From NCBI GenBank assembly GCA_044225365.1, contig JBGAIQ010000008.1, forward strand, positions 97,575-161,574: 64,000 nucleotides of DNA. Direction: 5' to 3'. Below the pieces are notes generated by a model, which was not told where the DNA came from, did not search any database, and was given only the letters and a program-made list of their open reading frames with translations. The translations under genes were made by a program, and so were the position numbers. Shown here piece by piece: positions 59,453 through 64,000 of the stretch. Source of the stretch: Planctomycetota bacterium. Its GTDB lineage: Bacteria > Planctomycetota > B15-G4 > JADJEK01. The stretch's first letter is position 1, and every line of letters starts with the position of its first letter.

Positions 59453-61294
59453 TCAGCCCTTCTTCGCCAGGTCGACGAGGAGCTTCGCGATCGAGTCTTC
59501 GAGCTTCTTCGCCGCCGTCGCGCCCTTGACGCCGTTCACGATCACCGAGAAGCAGATCACTTCTCCATCATCCGTGGCGGCGTAACCCGAGAGCGCCGAG
59601 ACTCCCGCGATGTACCCGGTCTTCGCCCGGACCCGCGCTTTGTAGGCGCCCTGCGTGAGGCGTTTCGAGAGCGTTCCGTCGACGCCCGCGATCGGCAGGG
59701 AGTCGACGAGGATCGGTCGCAGATCGCCATTGCCGTGCGTCCACAGCGCGCGCAGGAGCATCGCCACCTGACGCGGCGAGTACGCATTGCCCCGCGACAA
59801 TCCCGACCCGTCGACCGAGACCGCGCCGTTCGTGTCGATCCCGAGCTTCCCAAGCGTTTCGAGGACCGCGTGACTCGCGTTCTCGAAGGTGCCTCGTCCG
59901 CCCTTCGTGGCGCCGACGCGCTTGTAGACGTGCTCGGCGAGGACGTTCGACGACTCCTTGTCGACCTTGTGCAGGACCGCACGGAGCGGAGTCTTGACGC
60001 TCGCGATCTCGGCGAGCCCGGCCCTCGGAACGGCTGCGCTCGCCAGTTTCGCCTTTCCCGCTACGACGATGCCGGCGCGCGTCAATGCGGCGAGCAGCGC
60101 CGAAGGATGGGCCTCTCCCGGATTCGCGATCGGGACGAAGAGCGGGGCGGGATTGGCGCCGAAGGGCGTCTCACCGCTCACCTTGACCTTGCCGACCTGC
60201 ACCGGCGACGGGATCACGATGTTGTTCTTCGACTTTGCGGCCGCGGTCAGGAGTTCGGAGGTCGCGGCCAGCGCCGCGCAGTCGGGCAGCACGCTCGCGC
60301 TCGCCTTGGCTCCGACCTTTCCGGCCGGCTTCACGCGCACCACGAGGCAATTCTCGAAGAGCGAGAAGCCGGAAACGGGCGCGGCATAGTCGTGCGGCAA
60401 CTGCGTCTTGAGCCACTGCGGCGGGATGTACTGTCGATCGAAGATCGAGTCGTCGACGACGAGATCGCCGTTGACCCGCTGGATCCCCGCTGCCTTCAAT
60501 GCGGCCGCGAGACGTCCTCCGAGACTCGAGGCTTCGGTCGGCTCGTTCTGCAGCATGTCGGGGTCGCCATCGCCCACGACGACGAGATCGCCGTCCACCA
60601 CTCCGCCCGACACCTTCCCCTTCGCGAACGCTCGCGTCGTGAATTCGAAATCCGGGCCGAGCACGAGCAACGCCGTCGCGGTGGTGAACAACTTGTTGTT
60701 CGACGCGAGCACGAGCGGCGTCGCGGCGTCCTTCTCGTAGAGCACCGTTCCATCGGCGCTCACGATGCTGATGCCGATCTTCGCGTTCGACAGCCCCTTC
60801 TGAGCCAGGAAGCCCTGGATGCGCTGCGCGATCTGCGCGCGGGGAACGAGCGACGTCGCAGCGACGGGAGTGATCCTGGGTCCCGGGAACTTGGAATAGG
60901 CGCCCGCCTTCGCGGCCGGTTCCTTCCCGTTCGCAGTGGGATCGGGCTCCGCGGCCGCGGGCCCGTGAATGGCTCGTTCCTCACCGCTATCGGACGACTC
61001 GTCCGACTCGTCCTCGGTCTCGCTCGGGTTGTCCCCGGAATCGGATTCGATGCCCTCTTCGGCCTCCGTCTCCGGCCGTGGATTCGCTGCCGCGGGATCC
61101 GCCGCGACTTCGCCCTTCGAATTCGGATCCGCGATGGCACCCGGCGAACTCGGGGGCACGTCGACCTTGTGCGAACGGCGTTCGCCTTGTCCAGCCTGCC
61201 GGCCGACGAGAATCGTGTGTGCTGCGTGGAAGAGCAGCAGGGAGATCACGAGGACGAACGCTGCGAGATGGTAGAACCGGTTCTCCGACTTCAC
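59453..61294 (-). CDS. dacB: D-Ala-D-Ala carboxypeptidase/endopeptidase (S13, PBP4)
   Basis: ASNNK (SxxK), GDGDP, SSN, DGSGLSR, AKTG; N-terminal TM plus acidic linker. Confidence 0.92.
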   Translation of the reverse strand: MKSENRFYHLAAFVLVISLLLFHAAHTILVGRQAGQGERRSHKVDVPPSSPGAIADPNSKGEVAADPAAANPRPETEAEEGIESDSGDNPSETEDESDESSDSGEERAIHGPAAAEPDPTANGKEPAAKAGAYSKFPGPRITPVAATSLVPRAQIAQRIQGFLAQKGLSNAKIGISIVSADGTVLYEKDAATPLVLASNNKLFTTATALLVLGPDFEFTTRAFAKGKVSGGVVDGDLVVVGDGDPDMLQNEPTEASSLGGRLAAALKAAGIQRVNGDLVVDDSIFDRQYIPPQWLKTQLPHDYAAPVSGFSLFENCLVVRVKPAGKVGAKASASVLPDCAALAATSELLTAAAKSKNNIVIPSPVQVGKVKVSGETPFGANPAPLFVPIANPGEAHPSALLAALTRAGIVVAGKAKLASAAVPRAGLAEIASVKTPLRAVLHKVDKESSNVLAEHVYKRVGATKGGRGTFENASHAVLETLGKLGIDTNGAVSVDGSGLSRGNAYSPRQVAMLLRALWTHGNGDLRPILVDSLPIAGVDGTLSKRLTQGAYKARVRAKTGYIAGVSALSGYAATDDGEVICFSVIVNGVKGATAAKKLEDSIAKLLVDLAKKG

Positions 61295-62949
61295 TTCCGT
61301 TCGCCGCTCCGTTCACTGTTCGCGGCGAGGCAGCCGAGGGCGAGCGCGATCTTCGCGACTCCCGCCACCTTGTTCGGCAACACCTTGTCCGCGGTGTCGG
61401 TCCATTTGTGGTAGTCCTCGTTCGTCGCGCCCTCGTTGAAGAAGACGGTGGGAACGCCGATCTTGTGGAATTCGAACTGGTCGCTGCGCTCGAAGAACTG
61501 CTTGCCGCCGTCGCCGATCTTGAAACTCGCGCCCGAGAGACGGCCGGCCGTCGGCAGGAGCTTCGAGAGCAGAGTCGATTCCTTCGGCTGGGTCGCCTCG
61601 ATCGCCTTCGGACGCCCTCGCGAGATGATATCGAGGTTGATCATCGCGATCATCCTTTCGGGCGGGATCGTCGGGTTCGTCGCGTAGGCGTGCGAGCCGA
61701 GCAGGCCTTTCTCCTCCCCCGTGAACCACATCAAGACGATCGAGCGCGCGAGCTTCGGCTTCACCTCGGCGAGGGCCTGCGCGATCTCCAGCACCGCGGC
61801 GCTGCCGCCGCCGTTGTCGTCCGCGCCATGATGCACGCGGCCGCGGTCGTCGACGCCGATGTGGTCGAGATGCGCGCCGATGATGACGACCTCGTCCTTC
61901 AGCTTCGGATCGCTGCCGGGATAGCGCGCGATGATCTCGTGGACTTGGAGCTTCTTCGGGACGACCCCGAGTCGCAACTTCGCCTTGCGCGGGGCGAGCG
62001 ATTCCGAGTCCGACGCGCGCCGCGCATCGAGCGTCGCTCTCCGCTCGACGAATTTGATGCCGAGGATCTTCTCGAGCGCCGGCCCCGCGACGACCGCGAC
62101 GGGGATCGGATAGGGAGCAATCGCTCCGCGCTCGACGATCGGCACCTGCGACGTCACCCAGATTGCGGCTTCCTTCTCGGTCGGCGCGACGACGAGTAGG
62201 CCCTTCGCACCCTTCTCCGCCGCGAGGGCCGCCTTCTTGCCGAGCGAGCTCCCGTCCGTCATCTCCTTCCCGTCGAAGAACTTCTTCTCGTCCTTGTCCT
62301 GCCGCGGCTCCCCCACGAGGACCAACGCGATGCGACCCTTCACGTTGACCTTCGAGTAGTCGTTCCAGCGAAAGTCATGATCTTCGATGCCGTAGCCGCA
62401 GAAGACGAGTTCGCCCTCGACCTCGCCCTTCCCCGACGAGCGCGCGGGAACGAACTCGTCGCGCAGGACGAGCTTCTTGCCGCCGTTTTGATCGGCCTCG
62501 CCCGTCGTGAATTCGAGCGCGCAGTCGCTCGATGCGTCGTAGCCGTCGAGGCCGTATTCGAAGCGAAACCCGTCCGAGCCGGGCACCGTCGAGAGGTCGT
62601 ACTTCTTCAGCGCTGCCTCGATGAACTCGATCGCGCGATAGAGCCCGCGTTGCGGCGTGTCGCGCCCCGCGCATTCATCGGACGTCAGGTAGTCGAGGGT
62701 CGCCGTGACGTCCTTGCCCGTGATCGTCTCGAGGCACTTCGACAGTTCGGGGATCCCCCCATCCTGCGCCCTCGCGGCGCCGCAGAACAGCGGCGAGAGG
62801 AAGATGACGATCGCAATGGATCCGCCGCGGACGGGGACCGATCGCAGGACTCGCGCCGTCGCGGCGCCGCAGAACAGCGGCGAGAGGAAGATGACGATCG
62901 CAATGGATCCGCCGCGGAAGGGACCGATCGCAGGACTCGCGCCGTTCAT
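61291..62949 (-). CDS. M28 family peptidase with PA domain
   Basis: GAHLDH, GADDNGGG, GEEKGLLGS, NLD, RSDQ, DYH; PA domain FCGYGI..DY..VKG. Confidence 0.92.
   Translation of the reverse strand: MNGASPAIGPFRGGSIAIVIFLSPLFCGAATARVLRSVPVRGGSIAIVIFLSPLFCGAARAQDGGIPELSKCLETITGKDVTATLDYLTSDECAGRDTPQRGLYRAIEFIEAALKKYDLSTVPGSDGFRFEYGLDGYDASSDCALEFTTGEADQNGGKKLVLRDEFVPARSSGKGEVEGELVFCGYGIEDHDFRWNDYSKVNVKGRIALVLVGEPRQDKDEKKFFDGKEMTDGSSLGKKAALAAEKGAKGLLVVAPTEKEAAIWVTSQVPIVERGAIAPYPIPVAVVAGPALEKILGIKFVERRATLDARRASDSESLAPRKAKLRLGVVPKKLQVHEIIARYPGSDPKLKDEVVIIGAHLDHIGVDDRGRVHHGADDNGGGSAAVLEIAQALAEVKPKLARSIVLMWFTGEEKGLLGSHAYATNPTIPPERMIAMINLDIISRGRPKAIEATQPKESTLLSKLLPTAGRLSGASFKIGDGGKQFFERSDQFEFHKIGVPTVFFNEGATNEDYHKWTDTADKVLPNKVAGVAKIALALGCLAANSERSGERK
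62772..62944. repeat. 87/86-bp tandem duplication in the M28 peptidase signal region
   Basis: Units start at 62772 and 62859; they differ only at ggacgggga vs ggaaggga; protein repeats RGGSIAIVIFLSPLFCGAA. Confidence 0.92.
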
Positions 62950-62995
62950 TCCGTGGCTCTCCGAACGAGGAGGGTGGGAGTCGTGTTGCGAACCG

Positions 62996-64000
62996 CTACC
63001 GATCGCGACCGCCACGAGCGACCTTGTCGTCGTACCCGTGCGGATGCGCGAGCATCCAGTTCCACGCCGTGCGAACGATGGCGTCGAGATCGGTGAACTT
63101 GGGCTTCCAACCGAGGATCTGCCGCGCCTTCGCGGCGCCGGCGACGAGCGTCGGCGGATCCCCGGGCCGTCGCGCCTTCATCGAGACCGCGATCTCGCGC
63201 CCCGTGACCTTGCGGGCCATCTCGACGACCTCCTTCACCGTGAAGCCCTGGCCGCTCCCGAGGTTGAAGGCGCGCTCTTGGCCCCCGCCGAGAGCGTAGT
63301 GCAGGGCGAGGAGATGGGCGTCGGCGAGGTCGTTGACGTGGACGTAGTCGCGGGTGCAGGTGCCGTCCCGGCGTCGCGTAGTCGTCGCCGTAGATCTCGA
63401 GTTCCTTCAGCCGACCGCTGGCCGCGAACAGCGCGTTGGGGATGGATAGGTCTCGGGGCGTGATCCTCGCCGAGTTCGCCCTCGGGATCGCAGCCCGCGG
63501 CGTTGAAGTAACGCAGGAAGATCGGCGCGAATCCCGAGTTCGCGGCCGCCATGTCGAGCAGGACTTGCTCGGCCATCCACTTCGACCGCGGAATTTCACC
63601 GGTCGCTGGGGCGAGGACTCGTCGATCGGCAGGCGGTCGGGCTCGCCATAGGTGGCACAGGTCGATGACAGAACGAACGCCTTGACCCCCGTCGCGACGC
63701 ACGCCTCGGCGAGTCGCAATGTCCCGAGCACGTTGTTCGCGTAGTACTTCGCCGGCTTCTTCACAGATTCGCCGACGTAGCAGTAGGCGGCGAAATGGAG
63801 GACGGCCTCGATCTTCTCGCGGCGGAGGACCTGCTCGACGACCGCCCGATCCTGGACCTGGGCCTCGATCAGGGGGGCGCCCCGAACCGCCGCCTTGTGA
63901 CCGAGGCGGAGATCATCGAGCGCAATGGGCTCGTGACCCTCGCTCGAGAGCACTTTCATGGCGTGGCTGCCGATGTAGCCCGCGCCGCCGGTCACCAAGA
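62996..64000 (-). pseudogene. galE: UDP-glucose 4-epimerase, frameshifted (pseudogene or sequencing error), 5' truncated
   Basis: VTGGAGYIGSH, HFAA, SSTCATYG in one frame; SKWMAE..LRYFNAAG in a second; RDYVHV..FNLGSG..RRPGDP in a third. Confidence 0.88.

Noticed and set aside
8026-61414. Many long antisense/alternate-frame ORFs (e.g. 8026-10230, 18664-20451, 26694-28880, 38217-40193, 59303-61414)
   Set aside because: Typical high-GC shadow ORFs of well-supported genes; no motifs of their own
62996-63998. Programmed frameshifting in galE
   Set aside because: Several shifts, no slippery heptamer, and damage to the catalytic motif; error or decay is more parsimonious
1-64000. tRNA, rRNA, integrase, prophage or defence genes
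   Set aside because: None recognisable by eye; intergenic regions show no cloverleaf or rRNA signatures

Overview
High-GC bacterial DNA, plausibly Planctomycetota (inferred from gene content only). 1-37.2 kb is a large, mixed-orientation Wzx/Wzy-type exopolysaccharide/surface-glycan locus: amino-sugar synthesis, WecB, Wza, split Wzc/CapB, Wzx, Wzy, GTs, PssD/E and many tailoring enzymes. It carries several degenerate domains: a priming sugar transferase fused to a GGDEF-like domain that keeps an RxxD I-site, a CapB lacking the Walker A lysine, and a pseudo-deacetylase-GT2 fusion. A 1640-aa metallopeptidase-BACON-beta-helix protein also lies inside it. 37.3-51.9 kb is mixed: YeeE/YedE pair, Elp3, Nudix, a ~1 kb nested REP/inverted-repeat element, an MlaF-MlaE fusion with a divergent MlaD-like partner, YHS protein, amidohydrolase and Ada-like protein. 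52.0-58.5 kb is a tightly packed 8-gene minus-strand operon of unknown function: 2 small membrane proteins, MsrQ-like/Rieske fusion, Cys/His-motif protein, acyltransferase, DinB, NRDE and DedA-ATP-grasp fusion. This operon is the best candidate for an undescribed system. The window ends with suhB, dacB, an M28 peptidase with a duplicated signal peptide, and a frameshifted galE. All calls come from motif recognition by eye; no searches were run.
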